The notes: generated by a model not told the origin, from the sequence alone. Positions 1-13,380 are shown, counted from the first letter of the stretch. The stretch is DNA of 64,000 nt from Squalus acanthias (GCA_030390025.1 CM059432.1:96102001-96166000); one strand, 5' to 3'. Program-made: numbers and translations.

Positions 1-210
1 ATGTGATCTGGAATGCACTGCCTGAAAGGGTGGTGGACGCAGATTCAATAATAACATTCAAAAGAGAATTGGAAAAATACTTGGAGAGAAAATTTACAGG
101 GCTATGGGGAAAGAGCAGGGGATTGGGATTAATTGGATAGCTCTACCAAAGAGCTGGCACAGGCACGATGGGCTGAATGGCCTCCTTCTCTGCTGTATCA
201 TTCTATGATG
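1..210 (+). mobile_element. CR1 LINE 3' end fragment
   Basis: End of ORF2 (WNALPERVV...FKRELEKYL) followed by the CR1 3' UTR 'gggctgaatggcctccttct...attctatgat', also seen in other CR1 copies in the window. Confidence 0.85.
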
Positions 211-2192
211 CTATTTTCTTTATTACCTCATGTTCTTAATTACATAATAGTGATGACATCACATCACCAAAATGGGCCAAAGAAAAAAAGGACAAAATTC
301 AAATTAATTAAAGCTGCATTACACAAGAATAACTCTCCGATGTTCATGGCGTGACATTTTGAATTTCCATCCCGGGGGAGAGGAGGGGATGTGGGGGTGG
401 GAAAGAGATTTTCTCTGTGCATTATGGTGAGTAAAATCATAAAGAAGTTTATAAATGCTTCATGATTTTGTCATGTAGCAAGCAGAGATAATTCCCTCTT
501 CTTACAATTTAACAATGTAGTAGCTTTATTCAAAATACCATGCAAAATTACAATGAAAAATAGAACAAAGAATTTACTTAAGAAATAAGTGCCTTTGATT
601 TAATTTTGCCCATCAAAGTCCTATATTTATAAAATCACTTAAAATTTGAACCATTTATATGAAAACCTTGATGCCAAGTTAGTTACTTCAAAATTACTGT
701 TGAATAAATAGATGATATACAATAGGACATTGTTTTGATAGATGGCAGTTTCTGTTGTTATCTTGCTTATGTTGCTCATCATGCAATACTGAGGCCTATT
801 TAAAATGTTTTAAGTACATTTTTACTTTGAGGGTGGGTGGGGGGGAGTGGCAGCTGGTTCCCTAATACATGATTAAAAACATGAGCCATGGTGGGTGTCT
901 GGAATAGCTGCAGATAGTCAGTGACAGAGATCAAGGGTGAAACATGGTCAGAAAAAGCAGCAGGAGACAGGCACCTCATGGGGCATGATACTGCACAAAG
1001 AGCACAGCACAGGGAATGTATTGCTAGTTTCAGAAATAATCCACCACAAATGAACCAGTGCATTGATTCCTCATATGTGGCACAATCTTAATTATTAAAT
1101 GAACCTGTTTATTTACAATCTTTTTTATTGTCAAATAATCTTGAGCAATATCCTAATTTCAAAACAGTCTGAATCAAGAGGCTGATAATATGCTTCTAGC
1201 ACCAGCGTCATATGTACCTATGCACAAATGAGCTGACATCACCAGAGCAAACAAGATCAGCCGATCTGCATAACTTACTGGTTCTCCAAGTGCAGCTCAA
1301 TGAAGAGCTGGGAGTGCCAGGACTCCACTATCATGTACCAACAACCAGTGAAGGCTGGCTGTCTTTTGTGTGTGGTGCACTTTCCCTGCTTGGCAGAAAG
1401 GGCTTTGGGCATTGTGCAGTTGGGAAACGGGTATGGGGGACAGCAGGCAAGGGGATCATGAGTAGGGTAAGGATAAGGTATCTGAATTCATTTTTTAACA
1501 AATGGAATGTTGCCCCCCACCCCCGACCACCCCTCGGCACCTGTGCCAAAATGCTCAGGTGCTCCGGCTGCATTATGGGGCATCCACCACTTACACTGAA
1601 GTTCAAATTTTAATGAGTGTGTGCGCATGCTCCCAGAACCCTTTGCACTTTCTGTCTGCATTTGGAAGCGCTAAGCACCACAGGTGAGATGTAGGCCTTA
1701 GGCCCCCATGCACAATTTTCTGAGGATGTATTATTGGCGCCCAAAAGTATGCATGGATTAAAGACTAACTTCACCACTTGGTGGGTAACCTGGCTATTGT
1801 AGAATGTGCCTGACTTTCATTCCATTATAAATGTCTTAAAGTTGAAAGGAACCTAAACACATATTCCAGAAACAGTTTCCAGACATCTGAATCTGTTGTC
1901 TAATAAATTGGATGATTTTCAAGTAGTGTTGATTTAGCTCACATAATTTTCCAGCTGCCATGGCTGATTAGTGAATAAACCGACTTGTGCTACTATTAGA
2001 AGATCTTGTAAACCCGACATTAGAAGTGGAAAATTAGTAAATAAATATGAGCAGGATGGATGCATGTGTTTACTGTTAATATCCTGCTCATGTTGTTGGT
2101 AAATGTGAGTTCAGCTGAGATTTCACACATGACAAGTTTCATATCATAGCTGTCAACAGGATGAGTTGCTTCCCACACAGAACTTTGGAGGT

Positions 2193-2194
<2 letters not shown>

Positions 2195-2225
<31 letters not shown>
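2195..2225. repeat. (GT)n microsatellite
   Basis: Direct dinucleotide run. Confidence 0.95.
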
Positions 2226-2226
<1 letters not shown>

Positions 2227-3102
2227 CGGGGGGGAAACTACCTGCAGCTAAACAACCTCCAATCAATAGTTCAAGACTGCCACTGCCTTAGGCTTGGAAG
2301 TAGGGCCCTCACATAGCCTCTTAAATGGGGAAAGGGGCCTAGGAGGAGACTGCAAAGTTATATTGAAATAGAGCAGAAATTTTATTTTTCAATTGCCCAA
2401 CATATATATTTGTGCATGCTTAAAATATTAAAATGTTAAGCAAGATAAATAATGTGCTTGCTTTGCCCGCAAATCATTTAATTAATGATTGAATAATTGT
2501 AATTGCACACATTGAAATATACACCCTCAAAAAAACAATTGACTGCAATTTTTTGAAAATAATTTTAGCCTGGAGAGAATTATAGATAAGGACACTAAGG
2601 TGTGATGCCCCCTTAACTTTATTGTGCTGCCGATAGGTTATTTGGCCAGGTTCACACTTCTGAATGTCTTCAATAAGTATACTTGTTCTTCATCAGCCCA
2701 TCCTGTTTCAACATATTCATACATGTCAGAGACTGGTTTGGTCATGTCTATAGATTGGGTTTTCAACCAAAGAACACACAACTTTCTGGAAGTTGTTCCC
2801 ACCTTCAAATGGGAAATGAGCACCAGGGGAAAGTAGTATTTTTAGGAAAATGGCACAGAAAATTAGGGTGGTTAGATTAGGTTAAAAAAGAAAATTAAAG
2901 TTGAAAAAAAGTGAACATTTGAACTAGTGATTAAATAGGAATGATGAGAGAAATGGTCTTTATTGTATTTGAATATTTAGTTTAGTTGTTTAAGGTTAAA
3001 GCTACTCCTGGCATTTGGGCAGCTTTATTAATAATAATAGTGTTAGCTTCAGATTGTCTGAGCTGTAAACTTACAAAACTGGCAAACCTAAGGAGACATT
3101 CA

Positions 3103-3508
3103 GGGCTGGATTTTGAATGACCCGTGGAGTCGGGTTTGGAGGCGTGTGGGGGGTTAAATTTGCGAGGTCGGGGGTCCCGACCCCATCCCGACTCCATCCC
3201 GCCTCCACGCAATTTTGACAAAATCAGTCGCTGGGTTCCCGACTCCGTGCCACCTCCAAGAGGCGGGAGAGGCCATTAAAGCCCTTAACAAGCCCTGAAT
3301 TGGTTCTGTAATGCCATTTTGAAACGTTTTAGCTAGTTTAACCCTTTTCCGATGTGAAGTACGCCTGATGTGAAACACGCCAGTGAAACCTGGCGGGAGC
3401 ACAAGTGGATAGCTGACTATCAGCTGCAGGTGCACTATTACAACGGAGATGTGATGAAGGTAGTATTAGGTCTGAAAGTCGCCTCTGATGCTGCGGCATT
3501 GAATATAT

Positions 3509-3546
<38 letters not shown>

Positions 3547-3815
3547 CCAGGTCCACTCACCAGGCAGGTCCTCTCTTACCAATAGCCAGGCAGTCTCTGA
3601 GACCAGACAGTCAGTCTCTGACCTGCAATGATGACATCATCAGAGGCGACTTTCAGACTGAAACCACGAATTAGTTCATGGGTTCCCACATGCTGGAACT
3701 CAATTGCCCAATTAAGTGAAAATTGCATCATTCATCCACATTAATCTGGAGTCGGGGGGGAACACGAAATGCGGATGACACGACCCCAACCCGACCCCAA
3801 GACAAAATCCAGCCC
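3103..3815. mobile_element. Non-autonomous PIF/Harbinger element (MITE)
   Basis: TIRs gggctggatttt / aaaatccagccc; TSD TCA (3100-3102, 3816-3818); CCCGCCTCC subterminal repeats; homologous to 22308-23015; internal (CT)n(AT)n. Confidence 0.85.
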
Positions 3816-3836
3816 TCATTCTCTGTACCTGCTGAG

Positions 3837-4255
3837 TTTTTTTTTATTCATTCACAGGATGTGGATGTTGCCGGCAAGGTCAGCATTTATTGCCCATCCC
3901 TAATTGCCCTCGAGAAGCTGCTTTCTTGAATTTAACTGAGTAGCTTGCTGGGCCATCTCAGAGGGCAATTAAGAGTCAACCACATGTGGGTCTGGAGTCA
4001 CATATAGGCCAGACTGGGTAAGGACAACAGATTTCCTTCCCTAAAGGACATTAGTGAACCAGATGGGTTTTTATGACAATCTGTTAGTTTCATGGTCGTC
4101 ATTACTGATACTAGCTTTTTATTCCAGATTTATTTAATTATTTTGAATTATAAATTCCCAGCTACTATGGTGAGATTTGAACTCATATCTCAGGATTAAT
4201 TAATCCAGGCCTCTGGATTACTAGTTCAGTAACATAACCACTATGCTACCATACC
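3837..4255 (-). mobile_element. tRNA-derived SINE with a 3' tail shared with the LINE at 38628-39950
   Basis: Minus-strand head ggtagcatagtggtt...gagttcaaatc (Pol III A/B-box-like); ~75 bp tail closely matches 38628-38708. Confidence 0.7.
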
Positions 4256-4889
4256 CAATATGAGTAACTAATTAAAAGCCACTGGTCTATATTTTACAAT
4301 AAATATATTTATTAATGGAATAGTTCAGATAAGGATCTGTAAAATGGATGACATTTTAATAAAAAAATCTAAATAAAATTATCTGCTGATTTTAAGGCTA
4401 TGAGTCTCAAAATGGTGTGTTTCTTTAAAGCAGCACACCCGAACATAATAATTAATTAAAATTTATTTCCCATTGCTTTTAGCCTCTGATGTCATGCAAA
4501 TGACTGATGCTACTGAGATGCAAATGCCTCAGATGTTGAGCCAATCACATTTTGGAATTGTACCTCATCCATCTAAGTCTCACTAAAGGTCCTGCTGCTT
4601 AACATCTATCAACTGACAGTCATATCAGCAAAATAAGGCTATTCTCACATTCCTTAATATTTTAAATTCAAGTTCCACTGATATGCTTTTTAAGACTACA
4701 CACTATTAAACTGTCCCAACTCTAATGTCTACAGCTATTACTCACTACTTGTTTAATATATTACACAGTGCATGGTGTACAATTATGGCACCACCACCTT
4801 AATTAATTACTCAACATAGCTGTGAACAGATAAACATTACCTATTAGTTCTGGACTTACGTCATTGAAAGAACTGATCCTATTCATAAA

Positions 4890-5749
4890 ATCAATTTCTC
4901 CAATTAAATATTGGGAAGACAAAAGCTATTGTTTTCGGTCCCCACCACAAACTCCGTTCCCTAGCCATGGACTCCATCCCTCTCCCTAACATCTGTCTGA
5001 GGCTGAACCACACTGTTCGCAACCTTGGTGTCATAGTTGACCTTGAAATGAGCTTCCGCCCACATATCCATGGCATAACTAAGACCGCCTATTTCCACCT
5101 CCATAACACCGCCCATCTCCGCCCTTGCCTCAGCTCATCCACTGCTGAAACCCTCATCCATGCCTTTGTTACCTCTAAACTTGACTATTCCAATGTACTC
5201 CTGGCTGGCCTCCCACATTCTACTCTACGTAAACTTGAGCAATCCAAAACTTGGCTACCCGTGTCCTAACTCGCACCAAGTCCCGTTCACCCATCACCCC
5301 TGTGCTCGCCGACCTACATTGGCTCCCAGTTAAGCAATGCCTCAATTTCAAAATTCTCATCCTTGTTTTCAAATCCTTCCATAGCCTTGCCTCTCCCTAT
5401 CTCTGTAATCTCCTTGAGCCCCACAACCCCCCGAGATATCTGCGCTCCTCTAATTCTGCCCTCTTGAGCATCCCTGATTACAATCGCTCAACCATTAGTG
5501 GCCGTACCTTCTGTTGCCGAGGCCCTAAGCTCTGGAATTCCCTGCCTAAACCTCTCCGCCTCTCTACCTCTCTTTCCTCCTTTAAGGCACTCCTTAAAAC
5601 CTACCTCTTTGACCAAGCTTTTGATTATCTGCCCTAATTTCTCCTTATGTGGCTCGGTGTCAAATTTTTTGCCTTATATTACTCCTGTGAAGCGCCTTGG
5701 GATGTTTTACTACGTTAAAGGTGCTATATAAATACAAGTTGTTGTTGTT
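4890..5749 (+). mobile_element. L2 LINE 3' fragment
   Basis: ORF2 C-terminus LIHAFVTSKLDYSN, ITPVLADLHWLPV, GPKLWNSLP; tail ...gctatataaatacaagttgttgttg. Confidence 0.9.
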
Positions 5750-6659
5750 TAAAAATGCATCTTGATATAACGCATATGTTCCCTAGTAGAAAAATGATTC
5801 CGTTGCATTTAAAATATTTAAATTTTTGGTATTACAGTAATAACTTCCCTAACCTGCTGATTTTAATATGAATTTATTTTCTTACGATACTGAGTGGCAT
5901 CACTTCAACCATATTATTGCATATCTATGTTTAGAGACAACTGGTACAATGATCTTTCTATTATTTCATCAGGGCACCTTAATGTTTGCAGCCTTTGACC
6001 AAGATGATTGATTTGAGTAAGAGAGTCAGTCCTCACACCTAAATAAAATGTGAAAATTTAAAGCCACTGAGTAAAATGGTGTTCAGAATCTATCCTCACA
6101 CATCAGATAAATTCATCTCCCAACAGCATACATTATTTGTACTTTATGATAAAAGTGGTTGTCTTTATACTGAAAAAGTGGGTTGCCATTTTTTTTCCAT
6201 TCAGAAAGCCAGACCAGCTGCTACTTGGAATGATGTGAAGAAACGAACAAATAAAGTTTGCCAAATAATTTCATGAAGACAGTGCCCATTTAAATGTATT
6301 GTGGATACCAGCGAAATGACACTGTACGGTTAGGGGAAAAACACTCCAGTGTCTCAAGCTGTTAAACCCGGAATCGTAACCAATAACATTTTGCATCTGT
6401 ATTCCTCCCTCTTTCGGAGCCATTCCAACGTTTTATCTGCTAGCACTTTATCTTGACCTTGACTGTGGTCCTATGGACTGCAGAGACCGCAGTACAGTCA
6501 CAAAACGATATCTGGGAAAGCCTGTCAGCAAACTATAAACAAATGACAGGGAAAATAGGTCCCAAATAAACAAATGCCTGTCATTTGCAATGGAGTCGTG
6601 TGGAAGAGCTCATATATTGGGAATATAGAAAATTAATAATCCCTCGTCATCAGAGGTAC

Positions 6660-6855
6660 CTGAACAGAAACTGATGCTGCTGACGGTGGTGGTGGATCTC
6701 CGTGACTGCCCAGAGCTCAGGTCGTAATCGCGGCTGTCTTCCTCGGATAGCGGGGATTCAGAAGAAGGCGATCCTTTCTGGGTGTGGGGGTAAGGGCGGA
6801 GAACCAGTCTCGGGATGCGGCTGCGTGGACTTCGCTTCTCTCGCACCTTCTGATC
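6660..6855 (-). CDS. SYBU: Syntabulin coding exon 2
   Basis: AG acceptor 6857-6856, GT donor 6659-6658; 196 nt, phase 0/1; encodes DQKVREKRSPRSRIPRLVLRP...KGSPSSESPLSEEDSRDY...TVSSISFCS, matching recalled human SYBU SRIPRLILRP...KVSPASESPFSEEESREF...TVSSNSFCS. Confidence 0.9.
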
Positions 6856-6959
6856 CTACCCAACAGAAAGCGTGTCGGTTATTGATTTAGCCCCAGTATC
6901 TAAGCGAATCACCTCCCCCCCACCCCCGAACAAAAAGCAGTCTTTAAAGAGAGCCGTAC

Positions 6960-6968
6960 CTGTTCCAT
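6960..6968 (-). CDS. SYBU: Probable alternative first coding exon of syntabulin (Met-Glu-Gln)
   Basis: gccgccagaATGGAACAG|GTACGG; phase 0, in frame with the exon at 6855 across a 104-nt intron. Confidence 0.5.
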
Positions 6969-7492
6969 TCTGGCGGCGCTTGTACCGAGATGCCAGCTAG
7001 CTGTGTTTGCAGCAGCGCCTGCTGCTGTCAGTTTCACTGTCAGACATTGCGGTAATAGACAGGCTCAGTGCTGCGCACAGTCCAAACAGCGACAGCACCA
7101 CTTGCGCTCACTGCCGTCCTGAATACAAATGTTTAACTCGCCTCCCCCCCACCTCCCGACGATTGAATCGCAAAATCCTGGAGAAGCCGCTGTTTCATGA
7201 CCTCACTGATTGCGCAACCCAACACGCAACCCGATCGCTGGCAGAAACAGCTCCTCTGTTCCACAAACTGACATTTAAAGTAACCTTCTCACCAGCGCGT
7301 TGACATCAATATCATGAGTTGGCCAAAAATTGCAAAACATCAGATATCAAATGTCCAGCATTGTCCAATCGCCTTCTTTATTTTTACATGGAATTGAACC
7401 CCAGTTTGCATTTAGTCAACCCAGGCATCATCGCCCCCTTGCCCCTCTCCCCTCCCCATCTAAAATTAGGGGGCATGATAAAGCGACATTAC

Positions 7493-7519
7493 CTTGTAAT
7501 GCTCATTAAACGGTCCCAT
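7493..7519 (-). CDS. SYBU: Syntabulin first coding exon (MGPFNEHYK)
   Basis: ggcgggATG GGA CCG TTT AAT GAG CAT TAC AAG|GTAATG; 9 codons resembling the human N-terminus MGPLRESKK; phase 0 fits exon 2. Confidence 0.85.
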
Positions 7520-8229
7520 CCCGCCTCTTCCTCCTGGAACCTGTCATTTGGGATGAAAAGAGATACATTAGGCGCATGCGTGTTGCTGCAGCGGTAACAG
7601 CACACGTGGCACCGCGGCTGGAGTGAGCAGCGAGAGCGGGCAGGGTTTACCTGCACTGACTGAGCTCACTGCAGGCGGGCAAAACTCACCTTCAGAACAA
7701 ATCCGCCCACATTCGGGTCTAAGTCACGCCCATTGGGTCAAGCTCACTCACATTTCTGTCAAACTCGCCCACCTTCAGGTCAAACGCACCCACATTCAGA
7801 TCGAATTCCCTCAGATTCAGCCACTTTTCTGTTTAACCCAATTGGATTTCTTTGTTTTTAACTTCACTTAAAAAAACTAAAATGGTTTCATTTTCCAAAA
7901 GTCTACATTTAGATGTTTTCAATTTCTCACAGCAATGAATTGTATATCTGAAGGAAGGGCACAGAATTAAGCAGTGCCTCCATCTGCTGACCTGTTATTC
8001 ATTTCATAGAATCATAGAATGGTTACAGCACAGAAGGAGGCCATGTGACCCGTCGCACCCGTGCCGGACTGCATCTCATGCAAATATTTTGAGCATCAAT
8101 GTTGTTAACATTTGAATATTCCACTGGAATGACCTTTGAGAAACAGCCTCCCAGGTAGCACCCAAACCTGTGAAATAAGTAGCTTTACAGGGAAATCTTA
8201 CTGCTTCCCCTCTTCCCCTCCTCCATTCT

Positions 8230-8672
8230 GTGTCAGCTTGGCACAGGTGTAGCACTCTTGCCTTAGAAGGCATGGTTTCAAGCTGCTCTCCAGGATTTGC
8301 GCACATCATCTAGGCTGACACTTCAGCGCAACACTGAGAGAGGACTGCACTGTCAAAGGTGCTGTCTTTCAGATGAGATGCTAATCTGAGATCCCATCTG
8401 CCTTCTTAGGTAGATGTAAAAGATCCCATGGCACTATTTGAAGAAGAGCAGCGGTGTTCCTCTGGTCTTCTGGCCAATAGTTATTTTAAAACAATACTGC
8501 AAAAACAGATTATTTGGTCATTTATCTTACTGCTGTTTGTGGGATCTTGTGTGCAAATTAACTGCCACATTTTCCTACAGTACAACAGTGACTACACTAA
8601 AAAACTACTTAATTGGCTGTAAAGCACTTTGAGGCATCCTGAGTCACGAAGGGCTCTATATTAGTGCAAGTT
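8230..8672 (+). mobile_element. Deu-domain SINE (SacSINE1/AmnSINE1-like)
   Basis: tRNA-like head, Deu core aaaagatcccatggcactatttgaagaagagcag, L2-like tail. Confidence 0.8.
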
Positions 8673-11600
8673 TGCTTTTTTTTCTTTGATAGTAAGTTAC
8701 TGTACAATATATGTGATATGTAAAAGACAGCATATAATAATTTAGTACAACCTGGGCTTCCTATCTGTGTACCTCCACATTTGTTCAATAAGAGAAGATA
8801 CACAAGTTTTGCTACCTTTTTTCTGAATTATGTAATCTGTACTATTTTTGTGTGTATGTATCAATTCCAGGGGCTAACAGTTATTGGAAAATAAACTAAT
8901 GGCATTAGCTGCATGACTCACAAATGGCACCAGTCAATTATTATTCCTTTTGTGTTTCAACTAACTTTTGCTTAGGTTTTTATTCATTTTTTTGCACTTC
9001 CAAGGGCAGATGTATTAAGAGACTGGTGAAGTATGTAAGGTGATGGAACCAATGACATAGGAAAGAAAAGAGTTGAAGTCCTACAGACAGAGTTCTAGGA
9101 GCCAGGGAGGAAACTAAGGAGCATGACCTCGAAGGTGGTCATCTCTGGATTACTCCCAGTGCCACGTATTAGTGAGTCTAAGAACAGCAAGTTAAAGCAG
9201 GTTAATGTGTGGCTGGAGGAATGGTGCAGGAGGGAGGGCTTCAGATTCCTGGGGCATCGGGTCCAGTTCTGTGGTGGGAGGGTCCTGTACAACATAGACA
9301 AGTTGCACCTAAACAAGGCTGGTACCAATGTCCTCACAGGGAGGTTAACTAGCACTGTGAGGGAGGGTTTAAACTCATTTTGCAGGAGGAGGAGAATGAG
9401 GATAAACCATTGGAGAGGAGAATCAAGGTGCATAGAGGTCTGGGAGAGACAAACAGCATTAGAATAAAGAGTAGTCCAGAAAATTGAGGGATCAGACAGG
9501 GGAACAATGCAAGGCAGACTTAGGCGGGTTTTGAGTGCATGTGCGTTAATGCTCAGAGCGTGACAAATAAAATTGGGGAGCTGCAGGAACAAGTTGCCAC
9601 ATGGGATTATGATACAGTGGCAATAACAGAGGCCTGGCTCAAACAAGGGCTGGAATGAGAATTAAACATTCCTGGCAACAATGCATTCAGGAGAAATAGG
9701 GAAGGAAAAAATGATAGGCGTGGCAGTATTGATGAAATATACCCTTACAGCCCTAGAAAATGAAGTGCTTGACAATTCAAAGACTGAATCTATTTGGTTA
9801 GAGTTAAGAAGTAGAAGAGAAGCTGTTATGCTGCTGGGCATATATTATAGACCACCAAATAGTGGGAAGGAAATGGAGGAGCAAATCTGTAAGCAAACTT
9901 CAGAAAGATATAAAAACAATAGAGTAGTGATAATGGGGGACTTCAATTATCCTAATATAGACTGGGAAAATACAGTGTAAAGGGCAAGGAGGGGATGGGT
10001 TTTCTGAAATGTGTACAGGAGAACTTTCTTGATCAGTATGTATCCAGCCCAAAAAGAAAGGAAACCATGCTGGATCTTGTTCTGGGGAATGAAGTGGGGC
10101 AAGTGGAGCATGTTTCAGTGGGAGAGTTTTTGGGAAACAGTGATCATAATATCATTAGGTTTCAAGTAGTTATGGAAAGGGACAAGGAACAATCAAAGGG
10201 AAAGATACTCAACTGGAAGAGGGTTAATTTCAGTGAATTGAAAAGGGATCTGGCCCAGGTGGAATAGAAACTAAGATTATCAGGTAATACAGTGAATGAG
10301 CAATAGGTGGCCTTCAAGGAGGAGATAGTTCAGGTACAAACTAGACACATTTCTACGAGAGGGAATGGAAGGGCATCCAAAGCTAGATGACTCTGGATGA
10401 CTAAAGAAATTGAGAATAAAATGAAACATAAAAAGGAGGCTTATGATAAGTGTCAGGAGAATCAAACATAATACAGAAAGTGCATAGGAGGAAATAAGAT
10501 GGGCAAAGAGAATTTATGATAAACAATTAGTGGATAACATAAAAGGGAACACTGAAGTATTTTATGAACGTATAAAGAGTAAAAGGATAGTTAAATGAAG
10601 GGTGGGGCCGATTAGGAATCAAAAAGATAATTTTCTTGTGGAGGCAGAGGGCATTGCTGAGGTACTAAATGAGTACTTTGCATCTGTCTTCACTAAAGAA
10701 GAGGATGTTGCCAATGTCACAGTAAAGGAGGAGGTCGTAGAGAAATTGGATGGGATAAAAAGAGATAAAGAGGAGATACTTAAATGATTGGCAGTGCCTA
10801 GGTTTCTGAGGGAAGTAAGGGTGGAAATAGCAGAGGCTTTGGTCACAATCTTTCAATTCTCCTTAGATATGGGAGTGGTGCCAGAGGACTGGAGTGTTGC
10901 AAATGTTACACCCCTGTTCAATAAAGGGGAGAGAGATAAACCAGGTAACTACCATCCAGTCAGCCTAACCTCAGTGGTGGGGAAACTTCTAAAGACCATA
11001 ATCCAGTAAAAATTAATTGCCACTTGGAAGAACATGGGTTAATAAATGACAGCCAACACGGATTTGTTAAAGGCAAATCCTTTCTGACAAACTTGCTTGA
11101 GTTCCTTGATGAAATAATGGAGAGAGTTGATGAAGGTTGATTTTCTGTATATGGACTTTCAAAAGGTGTTTGATAAAGTGGGAAATAATATGATTATTAG
11201 CAAAATTGAAGCCCATGGGATTAAAGGGGCAGTGGCAACTTCAATACAAAATTGGCTAAGAGACAGAAAATAGTGAGTAGTGATGAACAGGTGTTTTTTC
11301 AGACTGGATGAAAGTATACAGTGGTGTCCCGCAGGGGTTGGTATTAGGACTACTGTGCTTTTTGATATATACTAATGAACTGGACTTGGTTACAGCGGGT
11401 ATCATTTTAAAGTTTGCACATGAAACAAAGCTTGGAAATGTAGTAAACAGTAAGGAGGATGGTAGCAGACTTCAAGAGGCCATAGACAGACTGGTGAAAT
11501 GGGCATACACATGGCAGATGAAATTTAATGCAGAGAAGTGTGAAGTGGCGCATTTAGGAAGGAAAAATTAGGATAGGCAATATAAACTAAATGGTACAAT

Positions 11601-11960
11601 TTTAAAGGGATCCAGGAACAAACAGACCTGGGGGTTCACTTTCACAAATCTTTGAAGGTGACTGGAGAAGTTGATAAGGCTGTTAAAAAGGCATACAGGA
11701 TCCTTGGCTTTATAATTAGAAGCATAGAGTACAAAAACAAGGAAGTTATTCTAAAATAACAGAAAATGCTGGAAACACTCAGCAGGCCAGGCAGCATCCG
11801 TGGAGAGAAGTTATTCTAAACCTTTATATATCACTGGTTAGTCCACAGCTGGAGTATGGTATCCAATTCTGGGCACCACACTTTAGGGAGGATGAAATAA
11901 AAACAGAAAATGCTGGAAATACTCAGCAGGTCAGGCAGCATCTGTGGAGAGAGAAACAGA

Positions 11961-11995
11961 GATAACATTTCAGGTCGATGACTTTTCATCAGAAC
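11961..11995 (-). ncRNA. Minimal type I hammerhead ribozyme motif (decayed)
   Basis: gtt-CTGATGA-aaagtc-atc-gacct-GAAA-tgtt; the opposite arm (13472-13506) has a mutated core CTAACGA. Confidence 0.6.
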
Positions 11996-12410
11996 TGGAA
12001 AAAGTTAGAGATATAACAGATTTTAAGCAAGTACAGGGGCAGGGAAAGGGGGGAGGGAGGAAAGAACAAAAGGGAAGGTCTGTGATAGGGTGGAAGGCTG
12101 GAGTGATTAAATGACAAAATGTATGATAGTACAAAGCAAAAGAAGATGGTAATGGGACAAGTAAAGAAACAAAAGATGAGTCTAGAAGAGGTGTAAATGG
12201 GAATGGCAGAATTATCAACAACTGCCATGTGAAAAAAATAGGGGCAGAGGTTATGGTCTGAAATTGTTGAACTCGATGTTGAGTCCAGAAGGCTGTAAAG
12301 TGCCTAATCAAAAGGTGAGGTGCTGTTCCTCGAGCTTCCATTGAACTTCGTTGGAACAGTGTAAGAGGCCAAGGACAGAGGTCAGAGTGGGAGTGGAGCA
12401 GAGAATTAAA

Positions 12411-13380
12411 GGCCGCGATTTTCTCATCAGTGTCGGGATGGGGGCGGGTCAGCTGGTTTCCGGGTTCCAGTCACGCCCCCAGCTTCCTCCGCTCTGCAGA
12501 TGTGATTTTCCCTTGATTACCGGCCAATTAACAGGAAGCGGGTCTGATGACATCATTTGATGATGCATCATCTGCCGGTTTCCTTAAAGGGACCATGCAC
12601 AATTTTATTTTGACAGTTGATTTTTCAGTGTTTGACAGCATTGAGGTGCTGAAAACACTGACAATCACTGCACAAAGGTGAACTTTTGCACCCAGGCTCT
12701 CCGATGACTCCCTCCATATGCTTATCCAGTGCAGCATCAAGTGATGGCGGCGAAGATTGGTGATGAGGTTGGTGATTTTGGTGTTGGGGTGATTGTGGAA
12801 GGATTCGGAGGTCTGATTGTTTCATTGGCTCCGATGTTGCTGGAATAGATGGCAGCTGCAGGTGAGATGACAGAAGCGATCTGTCACTGGTGAGAGAGGT
12901 TCTCCCAATGAGGTGGCACTGGACATACAGTTGGATTTAAAAACTTGTAAGCTAAAAAAATCTGTATATGTATTAAAAATGCAGTAACCAACATTTTCTT
13001 TGCTCTGAAACTCACCATGTGCAACATTGCATCCTTGACACCACTTCTGCAGCTGTCATCTTTTCACAAACATCAGACCTGACTCACAACACGCCACACT
13101 TACCATGTTGTCCGGACATTGTAAAACCCAACCCAGACGCTGGAAAATCGAAAAAGACCCTGAAAATTGCTCACAAGTACCTGTTAATAGGCAGTTAATT
13201 GCCTTTAATCCATTTCCCGCCACTAGGTGTCGGGTCCATTTGCAAATCGGGGACCTGACACTTGGGAAGGTTGTGTGGAGGTGGGTTGACGGCAGGTGCG
13301 GAACCAGCCGTTAATCAAAATGACTTTAACCTCTGACCCGCCTCCAAACCCGCCCTCTGAGCGCCGGCAAAATCGCGGCC
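12411..13380. mobile_element. Non-autonomous Harbinger element with Myb-promoter remnant
   Basis: Perfect TIRs ggccgcgatttt / aaaatcgcggcc; flanks AAA/ATA; CCAAT and TGACATCA followed by an APRLSDDSL-like Myb remnant. Confidence 0.75.

Larger units (their letters stand above)
6700..7820 (-). promoter_or_regulatory. CpG-rich SYBU promoter/5' UTR region
   Basis: Visibly higher CpG density than flanks, GC-box-like motifs, extra minus-strand GT donors near 7649 and 7689. Confidence 0.6.

Noticed and set aside
6610..6846. 78-aa single-exon ORF
   Set aside because: It is SYBU exon 2 read through into the intron; splice sites define the real limits
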